Positions 1 through 7,535 of a stretch of 34,517 nt of DNA are shown in pieces. The stretch spans positions 1 to 34,517 of IMG/VR virus record IMGVR_UViG_3300006169_000165. One strand, 5' to 3'. This stretch comes from a virus. Taxonomy: Duplodnaviria; Caudoviricetes. Within the stretch, counting starts at the first letter, position 1. Each line of letters begins with the position of its first letter. The notes under the pieces are model-generated. The model did no database searches and had not been told where the DNA came from. It worked only from the letters and a program-made list of their open reading frames with translations. Position numbers and translations under genes: made by a program.

Positions 1-1446
1 CGCCGCGGCCGTGGCGAGCGGGTGCTCGATCTCGGGCAGGCGCGCGGCGAACCGCTCTTCCGTCCGCTCGAGCCGGTAGTCGTGCACCAGGTGCGGATCC
101 AGGTGATCGAGGCTGCGCTGCTGCAGTTCGCGCTTGAGCGCAACCGCGGCGGGGACGGGGGCCGCGTGGAAGTCGCCGGCGACGTCGGGCGTGGCGGGGA
201 TCGCGTCGATCTCGTGCTCCTCCCGGTCCAGGACGACGATGATCCGGGAGAGGTCGTGGCGCCGGTACCGGACCGGCACGCGCTTGCCGACGTAGTCGAC
301 AAACGGCGCCCGCCGGGGGAGCTGGTACGCGGTCCGCTCGAGTCGGATCGCGAGGTCGCTGTTGATCAGCCGGTCGATCTCCATCCACGCGAGCCGGGCG
401 GTGACCTCCGGGGGCGGGAGCAGCCGGACGCGCTGGTCCGCCATCCCCGCGAGCCAGCGGTGGAACGGGCTCTGCCCGGTCACCGAGTGGACGCGTCGGT
501 TGACCCAGAGCAGGAACTTGTCGAACGCCTCGTTCATCTCGCGGAGGTCGCCGAACCTCCGCATCTTGGTGAGCCGCTCGAAAGCCTGCAGCAGCTGCAG
601 CGCGCGCTCGATCTTGCCCTTGGCCTGGGCGTTGGTCTCGTGCTCCGTCGAGGGCCGGGCGCTGTCGTACTTGACGCCCAGCTCCTCGAGCGCCGTGCGT
701 ACCTGCGTGGACCGCAGTCCGCTGCCGCAGTCCGAGTAGACCTGCTCCGGCATCCCGTAGGCGGGCCAGATCGTCGTGTCCGCGGGCTTGCGCCAGCTGC
801 GCTCCATCAGGTCCCACCAGCACGCCGCGGCCTCCGAGGTGTAAAACCGGCCCCAGCGCGTGCGGCTGTAGTCGTCCACCATCCCGATCATCCAGACCCG
901 GGGGCGGCCGTTCCCGGCCTTGTTTTTGTTGAGCGCAGCCGCCGATTCGTGGCCAATCGAGTCGTCGCGGTCGATGTAGTAGGAAAGCGCGACGGTGGAG
1001 TCGATCTGGACCAGGTAGTTGCTGTGCGGGGCCTCCCACCGGCGGTGCACCCGGAGGTCCCGCTCGTTGTGCCGGCGGCTCACCTGGCGGCGGCGCAGCT
1101 GCGCGCGGAGCGTCTCCGGGTGCACCTCCAGCGGTGCCAGCCCGACGTGGGCCCGGTTGGCGTTGATCACGTCGATCGCGGCCCCGGCGTCGAAACCCAT
1201 GCGCACGGTCATCGCGGCGAGATCCAGGAAGGTCTCCTCGTCCAGCGCCTTCATGGCGCCGGCGTCGCTCCGGCGCCGTCGGGTGCGGACCGGCGTCCCC
1301 CGCTCGAGCGCGCGGTAGATCGTGCTCGGCGCGCAGCCCAGCAGGGCCGCCTGCTCCTTGACGTAGGCGGCACGCTGGCTCGGTGGCGGCGCGTGGCGCT
1401 GCAGCTCGTCGAGCTGCTCGGGCGTGAGGTTGGGATTGCGGGGCAC
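1..1446 (-). CDS. Mu-like DDE transposase (MuA family), 3' end outside window
   Basis: Not in the ORF track; translated by hand from GTG at 1446: MPRNPNLTPEQL…, N-terminal HTH (AALLGCAPSTIYRAL), RRRRSDAG, catalytic segments LVQIDST, MVDDYSR, YGMPEQVYSDCGS, NAQAKGKIER, then a C-terminal barrel (YQLPRR…VRYRRHDLS). No stop before base 1. Confidence 0.93.
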   Translation of the reverse strand, partial: MPRNPNLTPEQLDELQRHAPPPSQRAAYVKEQAALLGCAPSTIYRALERGTPVRTRRRRSDAGAMKALDEETFLDLAAMTVRMGFDAGAAIDVINANRAHVGLAPLEVHPETLRAQLRRRQVSRRHNERDLRVHRRWEAPHSNYLVQIDSTVALSYYIDRDDSIGHESAAALNKNKAGNGRPRVWMIGMVDDYSRTRWGRFYTSEAAACWWDLMERSWRKPADTTIWPAYGMPEQVYSDCGSGLRSTQVRTALEELGVKYDSARPSTEHETNAQAKGKIERALQLLQAFERLTKMRRFGDLREMNEAFDKFLLWVNRRVHSVTGQSPFHRWLAGMADQRVRLLPPPEVTARLAWMEIDRLINSDLAIRLERTAYQLPRRAPFVDYVGKRVPVRYRRHDLSRIIVVLDREEHEIDAIPATPDVAGDFHAAPVPAAVALKRELQQRSLDHLDPHLVHDYRLERTEERFAARLPEIEHPLATAAA

Positions 1447-1464
1447 GAGAGCGGCGCCTGGAGA

Positions 1465-1776
1465 TCAGCTGAGGGTTATGGAGGGCGCGGCGGTCCGCGC
1501 CGCCTGGCGCTGCCGCAGGCAGCTCGAGCAGGTACCGGTACGACGGTGAGGGTGCCGGGAGTGGTAGTACATCAGCCCGCCGCACGCCTGGCAGCTGTAG
1601 TAGACGCGCGGGTACCGGGCGAAGAGGCACGCGTCACAGATCGGGTACTGCGGGCGCCCCCGGCGCGACGCGGCCGTCCACGCGCGGAACGCGCTCGCCG
1701 GCCAGTCGTTGTCGTCCGCCGGGCATCCCGGACACACGAACCACAGCGACGGAGCGGTGCGGGGGCGCGAGCGCAT
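1465..1776 (-). CDS. Small protein with four CxxC motifs (putative zinc-binding)
   Basis: CPGC, CDAC, CQAC, CSSC; ATG overlaps the stop of the upstream gene (TGATG). Confidence 0.65.
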   Translation of the reverse strand: MRSRPRTAPSLWFVCPGCPADDNDWPASAFRAWTAASRRGRPQYPICDACLFARYPRVYYSCQACGGLMYYHSRHPHRRTGTCSSCLRQRQAARTAAPSITLS

Positions 1777-2024
1777 CACCGCTCCGTGTCGTTGGCGGGG
1801 TCCGACAGCCACGCCGCCGCGCGCCCCAGGGCGGCGCGTGTCCAGTCGTTGTTACCGACGCGTGCACCCTGCAGGAACACGGCGCAGTCGGTCTCCTCGT
1901 GGCGGGCCTCGGCGTAGTAGATGCGCACGTCGCCCACGTCCACCCACTCATCGATCACGCACAGCACCTCGCCGTCCGTCCAGGAGGCGACGGTGCGCGG
2001 CAGGTTGGGCTCGGCCGGGAGCAT
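1776..2024 (-). CDS. Hypothetical early protein (82 aa)
   Basis: Fills the gap between neighbours exactly; GAGAGGAG RBS upstream. Confidence 0.65.
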   Translation of the reverse strand: MLPAEPNLPRTVASWTDGEVLCVIDEWVDVGDVRIYYAEARHEETDCAVFLQGARVGNNDWTRAALGRAAAWLSDPANDTER

Positions 2025-2609
2025 CTACGCGCTCCTCTCTACGATGACCAGCCCCTCGTCACCCACCAGGCCGGTTACCTTGATCCACGAGAGATCGTCC
2101 GGGCGGTACCGGACCAGCACCTGCCGGCCCGCGTAGTCGGTGTATGGCTCGCGCCGTGGGAGCGGGTACGAGACCCCGTCCACTTGGATCGTGAGGTCCC
2201 TGCCTACGTACCGGTGGATCTCGATCCATCCACCGCCGTCCGCCGCCAGGCGGTCGCGTAGCCAGGACCACGGCTCACGCAGGTTGGCGGGTGCCGCGAG
2301 GGGAAGGGCAGCGCCCCCGCAGCTTGTGTCAGGGGCCCGATCTCCCTGGGTACCCGCCTGGCCCGCGGGCTTGCGGCCGAAAGGTCCCCAGCTGCTCTCC
2401 GGCTCGGCATCGAGTCGATTGCGCAGCGCCACCTCCACGATCCGCCGGTCCAGCTCGCGCGCGGGCGTGGCGTAGCGGTCCGCCTCGATGCGGGCGAGGA
2501 TGCGCGCGGCCGCCTCCGGCTCCGACACAGCGAGCTCCCCCACCAGGTAGAGCAGTTGGGCGGATGCCCGGGGGCCGACGGACTCCTGGATCCGGACGGG
2601 CGCGCTCAC
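2025..2609 (-). CDS. Early protein ending in a stand-alone Mu transposase C-terminal (beta-barrel)-like domain
   Basis: GTG at 2609 overlaps the upstream TGA; C-terminal WIEIHRY…YPLPRREPYTDYAGRQVLVRYRPDDLSWIKV aligns without gaps to the transposase in this window. Confidence 0.75.
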   Translation of the reverse strand: MSAPVRIQESVGPRASAQLLYLVGELAVSEPEAAARILARIEADRYATPARELDRRIVEVALRNRLDAEPESSWGPFGRKPAGQAGTQGDRAPDTSCGGAALPLAAPANLREPWSWLRDRLAADGGGWIEIHRYVGRDLTIQVDGVSYPLPRREPYTDYAGRQVLVRYRPDDLSWIKVTGLVGDEGLVIVERSA

Positions 2610-3016
2610 GCCGCCCTCCGGGCGTTGCCGGAGGCGGTAGAGCAGCGCTTGCCGAGCCGCTGCGGAGCAGCATACGCCCACGGCTGTCGGTCCGGATGCA
2701 CCGGGGAGAGGAACTCCCGGCGCCGCTGCTGGATCTGATCGGGGTACCAAGCGACCTCTCCGCCAACGTGGCGGGTCCGGTCGAAGTCGCGGCGGTGCTC
2801 GTCAAGACCGACGTCGCACACCCACGGGGATGCACCGATCCGCTCCGCCCTTACCACGTGGACGGGGACTCGCGCCGCGATCTGGGCACGGGTCCGGCGG
2901 ATACGCCCGGGCCCCTCGCGCCGGAGTTGCGTACCGCAGACAGGGCAGCAGATCGGGTCCGTCCATGCGCGGCCGACGGACTCCTGGATCCGGACGGGCG
3001 CGCTCACGCCGCCCTC
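2573..3016. repeat. 46-bp exact direct repeat (2573-2618 and 2971-3016) spanning stop/start junctions
   Basis: GGCCGACGGACTCCTGGATCCGGACGGGCGCGCTCACGCCGCCCTC twice; both downstream genes start MSAPVRIQESVG. Confidence 0.95.
2606..3007 (-). CDS. Hypothetical early protein (133 aa, CCPVC motif)
   Basis: GTGA-coupled at both ends within the 46-bp repeats; part of ORF 2606..3382. Confidence 0.55.
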   Translation of the reverse strand: MSAPVRIQESVGRAWTDPICCPVCGTQLRREGPGRIRRTRAQIAARVPVHVVRAERIGASPWVCDVGLDEHRRDFDRTRHVGGEVAWYPDQIQQRRREFLSPVHPDRQPWAYAAPQRLGKRCSTASGNARRAA

Positions 3017-3279
3017 GCCGCCAGCTTCGTGCGCAGCCGCTCCACGACCTCCAGGCGGGCCGCCTCCCACTCGTCGTCTCCCCGTGCGAGCCAGTAGTCG
3101 TCCTGCTCGAGGTAGCGCAGCAGCCGCTGGGTGGCGGTGGGCTCCGACTCGATGAGCCCGGACAACACCGTGAGCAGCTGCCGGTGGAAATGCGCCGAGC
3201 GCTCGACCGGATCCATGGTAGGCCACGGGGTGGCTCCCTCCCCGCTCCGGCGCGCTCCCGCACTCGTGTACTCGCTCAT
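3004..3279 (-). CDS. Hypothetical early protein (91 aa)
   Basis: ATGA overlap with the upstream gene; helical, protein-like composition. Confidence 0.7.
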   Translation of the reverse strand: MSEYTSAGARRSGEGATPWPTMDPVERSAHFHRQLLTVLSGLIESEPTATQRLLRYLEQDDYWLARGDDEWEAARLEVVERLRTKLAARAA

Positions 3280-4148
3280 GATCCCTGCTCCTGGTGTGAG
3301 AGGTCGTTGATGGCGCGGCCGAGCTCCTCATCGTCCGGATCGTAGTCCGCACCCTGCTCCGCCACGGCGTAGTCCAGCACACGGTCCAGCTCCATCTGGA
3401 TCGACCGCACCCAGCTCATCGCCCACGCCGGGTCCGGCCGCTCTCGCAGCACCACGTCCGCGAAGACGCGCAACTCGCGGAACGCCGCCTGCCACTGCTT
3501 CTCCGCCATGCTCAGCGGGGCGATCTCGTCCCGCTTCTCCAGCTCGAGGACCCGCGTCGTGAGCTGGGTGATCTCCTCCGCGCGCGCAGTCATCTGCTCC
3601 GTCCCCACCCGGAGCGTCTCGCGGAGCGCGGCCATCTCGCCGGCGAAATCCTCCATCGCCTCGCGCAGCTCCTCCCGGTGGTCCGCGTCCACCGGGACCA
3701 CGCGCCCATCCGGGAACTCCAGCGCCTCCCCCGACTCCAGCAGCCGAGGCCGCGCGTCAGCGTCCACCGCCCGCAGCGCGCGCAGCGTCCGACGCTGCAG
3801 GCCCAGCTCGGCGGCCAGGCCCATGAACTGGGCGCCCAGCTCATCCAGCTGGAGGAGTCGATCGTCTACCACGCGGCGCGACGGCGAGCCCGGGAGCGCC
3901 CGGCAGAACTGCTCCCACGTCAGGCCGAGCTGCTCGTAGGCCGCCTCGTCCTTGATCTGCTGCAGGGCGACCAGGGCGCCGACGTCCGACAGCGCGCGGG
4001 TGAACTCAAACGCGCTCACCATCCCCATCCGGTGCATGAGGCCGGCGGCGGCGCGCTGCTCCTCCGGGAGTCGTGCGAGGACGGTGTCCAGACCGTCACG
4101 CACTGGCGCCGCGGCGCCACTCTGGACACTCAGTTTCCGCGTACTCAC
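3276..4148 (-). CDS. Conserved transposable-phage early protein (DUF3102-like, coiled coil)
   Basis: YEQLGLTWEQFC…SRRVVDDRL…LGAQF…LGLQRRTLRALR pattern resembles the protein found upstream of the transposase in B3-type Mu-like phages (recalled, not searched). Confidence 0.7.
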   Translation of the reverse strand: MSTRKLSVQSGAAAPVRDGLDTVLARLPEEQRAAAGLMHRMGMVSAFEFTRALSDVGALVALQQIKDEAAYEQLGLTWEQFCRALPGSPSRRVVDDRLLQLDELGAQFMGLAAELGLQRRTLRALRAVDADARPRLLESGEALEFPDGRVVPVDADHREELREAMEDFAGEMAALRETLRVGTEQMTARAEEITQLTTRVLELEKRDEIAPLSMAEKQWQAAFRELRVFADVVLRERPDPAWAMSWVRSIQMELDRVLDYAVAEQGADYDPDDEELGRAINDLSHQEQGS

Positions 4149-4411
4149 TGGGTTTTCTCCTCACGCGACTGGCGCCCGGCGCCACTATGGACGGTCTGGA
4201 TCTGCGTGCGGACCCACGCGTCGAGGGTCGACTTGCGCCACCGCGGACGACCACGCCGGATCTCGTCCGGGGGAGCCATCACGCCCTCCGAGCGCAGGTT
4301 GTAGATGGTGCCGAGCGCGTAGGGCTTGGCCCGCAACTCCATCCCCACGTACTCCGCCGCCTGCTTGGGCGTCATCAGCTGGTCGTCAGTCCCGCCGATT
4401 GAGGTCTCCAC
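4145..4411 (-). CDS. Small HTH DNA-binding protein (AlpA/excisionase-like; Ner/Cro position)
   Basis: LMTPKQAAEYVG…GTIYNLRSEG…PRWRKSTLDAWV; AAGGAGA RBS; first gene of the leftward operon, divergent from the repressor. Confidence 0.85.
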   Translation of the reverse strand: METSIGGTDDQLMTPKQAAEYVGMELRAKPYALGTIYNLRSEGVMAPPDEIRRGRPRWRKSTLDAWVRTQIQTVHSGAGRQSREEKTQ

Positions 4412-4443
4412 CTGACTGGTTCTCCTTGCGCCCCGGTGAGATA

Positions 4444-5076
4444 ATGTTCATTTTGGTTAACGGACCTTCACGCTCTAGTCTAGTCAAGTCTGTATCGCCT
4501 GTCAATACTTTGAAACCCCAACGATCCGAACTTGCCGAGGATATCCGCGTCCGCTTAGCCAGTCGGCTACAGCGGAAAGGGATCACGTACCGTGCAGCAG
4601 CGCGTGCGATCGGGGGGATTACGCACGCCGCCCTGCACAAGTACGTGGAGGGAGAGTCAATTCCGTATCGCCGAACGCTCGGGAGGATCGCGGATTGGCT
4701 AGACTCTACAGAAGAAACTCACGAAACAAACGATAGGGAAAGTGCTGGTGGTCAGGCGAGGGGCCGGGGCGACGGGGTAGTTACAATTTTGGCGGATCCT
4801 GCGTATAATAGGTTTTCGGGGGAAGAGCGGGTTGCGATCGATGCCGCACGTCGTCTCACCGAACGTCTCACAATGGCTTGGCGCCAAGGCCACTATGAGT
4901 CGTTGCAGAATCTGGTTGAGGACGCACGCGAGATCGCCCTCGGTTTTCACCCGGCCGGCCGGGGCTTTGTCGAGGCCTGGATCGTCGTTTTCCTCCCTAT
5001 GATCACTGATGCGACCGAACAATCGGCCGACGAGGCAGGGGTGCGCATTGCAGAGGCGCGTAAGCGCGCGGATTAA
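4444..5076 (+). CDS. XRE-family HTH repressor candidate
   Basis: LQRKGITYRAAARAIGGITHAALHKYVEGESIP…TLGRIADWL is an XRE HTH; divergent from early genes. Start uncertain (ATG 4444 or TTG 4510). No S24 peptidase domain visible. Confidence 0.8.
   Translation: MFILVNGPSRSSLVKSVSPVNTLKPQRSELAEDIRVRLASRLQRKGITYRAAARAIGGITHAALHKYVEGESIPYRRTLGRIADWLDSTEETHETNDRESAGGQARGRGDGVVTILADPAYNRFSGEERVAIDAARRLTERLTMAWRQGHYESLQNLVEDAREIALGFHPAGRGFVEAWIVVFLPMITDATEQSADEAGVRIAEARKRAD
4477..4505 (-). promoter_or_regulatory. Sigma70-type early promoter
   Basis: Minus strand TTGACA (4505-4500), 17-nt spacer, TAGACT (4482-4477), in an AT-rich patch; overlaps three tandem WAGTC units. Confidence 0.8.
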
Positions 5077-6355
5077 TCGTGCACGCCAGGACCTGCCCGC
5101 CCCCCTCCATGCGATCCAATCCGACCAGTTCGCTCCGCTGCTCGCGCGTAGAGGGGGCAGTATCTCGCACTCGTTGCTCCGACATTCCCTCCAAATCGGA
5201 CCGCGAGCCGATCGTAGCTGGACGATCAACCTGAGTCTCTTCAATGCGCCGATCGTCGATCGATACGCGTTTTTCTACGCTTATTCGCTCGCGAGCTGGC
5301 CAGACGAGGTTGACTCGACAGCGCATGACCTGTTTGCGGTGTCATGCGCCTTGGACGTCGTCTCAAGCAAGGACTTGGACGAAGATTGGTTTCGAGCCGC
5401 GGTGGAGTTGTCCGTTGCCCCCGGCCTGTGGACCGGCAGATCGCTCGATGATCTCCTTTGGCTTGCGTTCGGTGTGTGGGGCTCTAGGATGCTGCTTTCC
5501 TCCAGCGCGCTCTACGCGCTGGGGAGGCGCGCTCGCCGGCACTCCCTATTCGCAACGGCAGAGCACTTGTTGCGCCGCTCCATCGCCGGCTCGGCGCGAT
5601 CCGAAGATTGGGCTACGCATGTTCTTGCCCACCTCCCGCTCGCAGCGACTGCCGCTCAGCGAGGCAGGTACCGTTTCGCCAAACGCACGCTGGCGAAGGC
5701 GTTCCGTACCGCTCAGCGTCACGGGCTCTCAGCACTCCAGGGCGCTGTAGCTCACGATCAGTTCCTCCTCGCAATCGATCTCGGCGAGACCGGGCGCGCT
5801 GTGCAACTGGCGGAGCAAGCCCGGCTCCTGTACGGCCCGAGACACCCGTGGCTAGCTCGACTCGCGCATGATGTCGGCTACCACTGGATCTGCAGCGGGA
5901 AGTTTGAACAGGGGCTACCGTTAGTGCGACAGGCCGCACATCACTTCAGCGTAGCCGAAGAAAAGATGGTTGCGTGGGGTACCGTCGCCCGAGCTGCAGG
6001 TGCTCTCCGGGACCGACCGCTCTTCGAATTCTCGGTTGGTCGGGTGCAGTATCTCCGTCATCAGGCTGATACGGAGCACTTTGCGGCGGAAGCCAACCTC
6101 GGTCTGGCACGAGGAGCCGCCGCGTTGGGCGAGTGGGATGAAGGTGAGCACTTCGCGCGAGAAGCGCTCGCGCTTGCTACCCGGCGGAGGGAGTCGTTTG
6201 TGCGACTCGAGGCAGAGGCAGTGCTTGAGTCCGTGCGAGCGCACCGCGCCCTCGACGCGGTAACGGTCAGGAGATCCCCGTTGAACGGCCGAGCGGACGC
6301 CCTCGCGAGTGGACTAATTGCCGATCTCGGCGAGGGCGCCGCAGTGGTGGTCTGA
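5009..6355 (+). CDS. TPR-repeat protein (candidate peptide receptor)
   Basis: Successive helical repeats (ALYALG…AEHLLRRSI; LAHLPLA…GRYRFAKRTLAKA; VAHDQF…GETGRAVQLAEQA; LAHDVG…GKFEQGLPLVRQA; ANLGLA…GEWDEGEHFAREAL). Start uncertain because it overlaps the repressor by 68 bp. Confidence 0.85.
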   Translation: MRPNNRPTRQGCALQRRVSARINRARQDLPAPLHAIQSDQFAPLLARRGGSISHSLLRHSLQIGPRADRSWTINLSLFNAPIVDRYAFFYAYSLASWPDEVDSTAHDLFAVSCALDVVSSKDLDEDWFRAAVELSVAPGLWTGRSLDDLLWLAFGVWGSRMLLSSSALYALGRRARRHSLFATAEHLLRRSIAGSARSEDWATHVLAHLPLAATAAQRGRYRFAKRTLAKAFRTAQRHGLSALQGAVAHDQFLLAIDLGETGRAVQLAEQARLLYGPRHPWLARLAHDVGYHWICSGKFEQGLPLVRQAAHHFSVAEEKMVAWGTVARAAGALRDRPLFEFSVGRVQYLRHQADTEHFAAEANLGLARGAAALGEWDEGEHFAREALALATRRRESFVRLEAEAVLESVRAHRALDAVTVRRSPLNGRADALASGLIADLGEGAAVVV

Positions 6356-6401
6356 CGCGGGGGGGTCGGGTTAGGAAAAGCCCCCCCATTTGGGGATCCC
6401 G

Positions 6402-6659
6402 TCAGTTTCCCCCGCTGCCTACTCCACCACCCCCCTTTTCAGGAGGGCCGCTGTCGCTCTGGGTAGTGTAGCCTCCGCCGCCTCCGAAATCACGCACGCC
6501 GACGCTGTCGGCTACGACGTCGCGGCTGGGCCGTACCGTCTCATGGCGTGCGCCGACCGGGCCGTCCTCCGCCGCCGTCGAGCAACCGGCGACGACAGCG
6601 GCAGGGAGCGCCGCAGCCATCAGGATGACGAGCCGCTGCTTCCAATTGGGTTTCGACAC
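6402..6659 (-). CDS. Small secreted lipopeptide with Gly-rich C-terminus (candidate signalling-peptide precursor, 85 aa)
   Basis: GGAG RBS then GTG at 6659: MSKPNWKQRLVILMAAALPAAVVAGC (basic N-region, hydrophobic core, lipobox VAGC, Cys26)…RDFGGGGGY…EKGGGGVGSGGN*. Confidence 0.8.
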   Translation of the reverse strand: MSKPNWKQRLVILMAAALPAAVVAGCSTAAEDGPVGARHETVRPSRDVVADSVGVRDFGGGGGYTTQSDSGPPEKGGGGVGSGGN

Positions 6660-6740
6660 GGGGTTTTCTCCACAGGTTGGGGGGGGGCTGGAAAATGAGA
6701 TGGACGTCGTCAAACTTACTAGTCCAGCGAGGTTACTCCA

Positions 6741-7160
6741 ATGACTGAACGCACGGACGATCCGAAGCCCGCACCGCTGATCGAGCCGATCGTCGTCCGA
6801 GCCGGGCTGGCCTTCGTTGGCGCATTGGTGCTCCTCGTACTCGTTGTAGCGGTGGAGATCCACCGCCGCGAATTGGAACTGCGGGCTCGCGAGCCTGAAG
6901 CCGATACTGGGTCCGCCCTGGCCGCATACACGGCGTGCCGGCCCCACATTGCCGTGCGAGTCGGGTCTCCATCCACCGCACGCTTCCCCATGTCCCTCGA
7001 CGGCCGCGCCGTCTACGATTCGCGGGCCGCGGCGTGGGTTGTCCGAACCTACGTCGAGACGGACAGCGCCGGCAGGACAGTACGCAGCTACTGGATCTGC
7101 ACCCTGGACTACGCGCGCGGTCGATACTTGTTGAGGAGCCTCGTGCCCCAACCCCGCTAG
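6741..7160 (+). CDS. Single-pass membrane protein with extracytoplasmic domain
   Basis: TM helix AGLAFVGALVLLVLVVAV, then AYTAC…SPSTARFP…YVET…YWIC; GAGG RBS; own terminator downstream. Confidence 0.75.
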   Translation: MTERTDDPKPAPLIEPIVVRAGLAFVGALVLLVLVVAVEIHRRELELRAREPEADTGSALAAYTACRPHIAVRVGSPSTARFPMSLDGRAVYDSRAAAWVVRTYVETDSAGRTVRSYWICTLDYARGRYLLRSLVPQPR

Positions 7161-7222
7161 AACCCCACTCGCGTCTCAGGATTCTCAGGAATCCCACATC
7201 GCCAAATCAAACCACATAACGT

Positions 7223-7257
7223 AGGGCCTCGCACACCGCGAGGCCCTTTTTCGTTTT
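7223..7257 (+). terminator. Intrinsic terminator
   Basis: AGGGCCTCGC-acacc-GCGAGGCCCT 10-bp stem followed by TTTTCGTTTT. Confidence 0.88.
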
Positions 7258-7298
7258 GTCGGACCGGCACCCGGTTTCACCCCACGTCCCCACCCCCC

Positions 7299-7535
7299 AT
7301 GCGCAAGTACTCCTGCGTGATCCCGCTCTCGGCCGCGGTCATCGGCGCGATCTGCGCGGCGGTCACCGCCTACGTCGGCGGCCACCTCGCGAGTCGGGAC
7401 GCGTACCTCCGCACCCGCTATCTGGCGGACAGCTACGCGGCGGAGCGGGACTCCGCGCTCCACCAGCTGGAGGTGCACGCGCTCGCTCCGCCGTCGTGCC
7501 TGGCGGACCGCAGCTGCTGGGAGGGGGGCCGCTGA
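7299..7535 (+). CDS. Small membrane-anchored protein
   Basis: N-terminal hydrophobic helix; TGATG-coupled to the next gene. Confidence 0.65.
   Translation: MRKYSCVIPLSAAVIGAICAAVTAYVGGHLASRDAYLRTRYLADSYAAERDSALHQLEVHALAPPSCLADRSCWEGGR

Noticed and set aside
22-1917. 631-aa plus-strand ORF
   Set aside because: Antisense shadow of the minus-strand transposase and neighbours; no motifs.
3952-4443. N-terminal extension of ORF 3952..5076
   Set aside because: Overlaps two well-supported minus-strand genes; the HTH begins after 4510.
6356-6401. Bidirectional terminator between TPR and peptide genes
   Set aside because: Only G-run/C-run pairing with a long loop and no clear U-tract; too weak to call.
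6660-7151. N-terminal extension of ORF 6402..7151
   Set aside because: Antisense to the membrane protein gene; RBS and signal peptide support the start at 6659.
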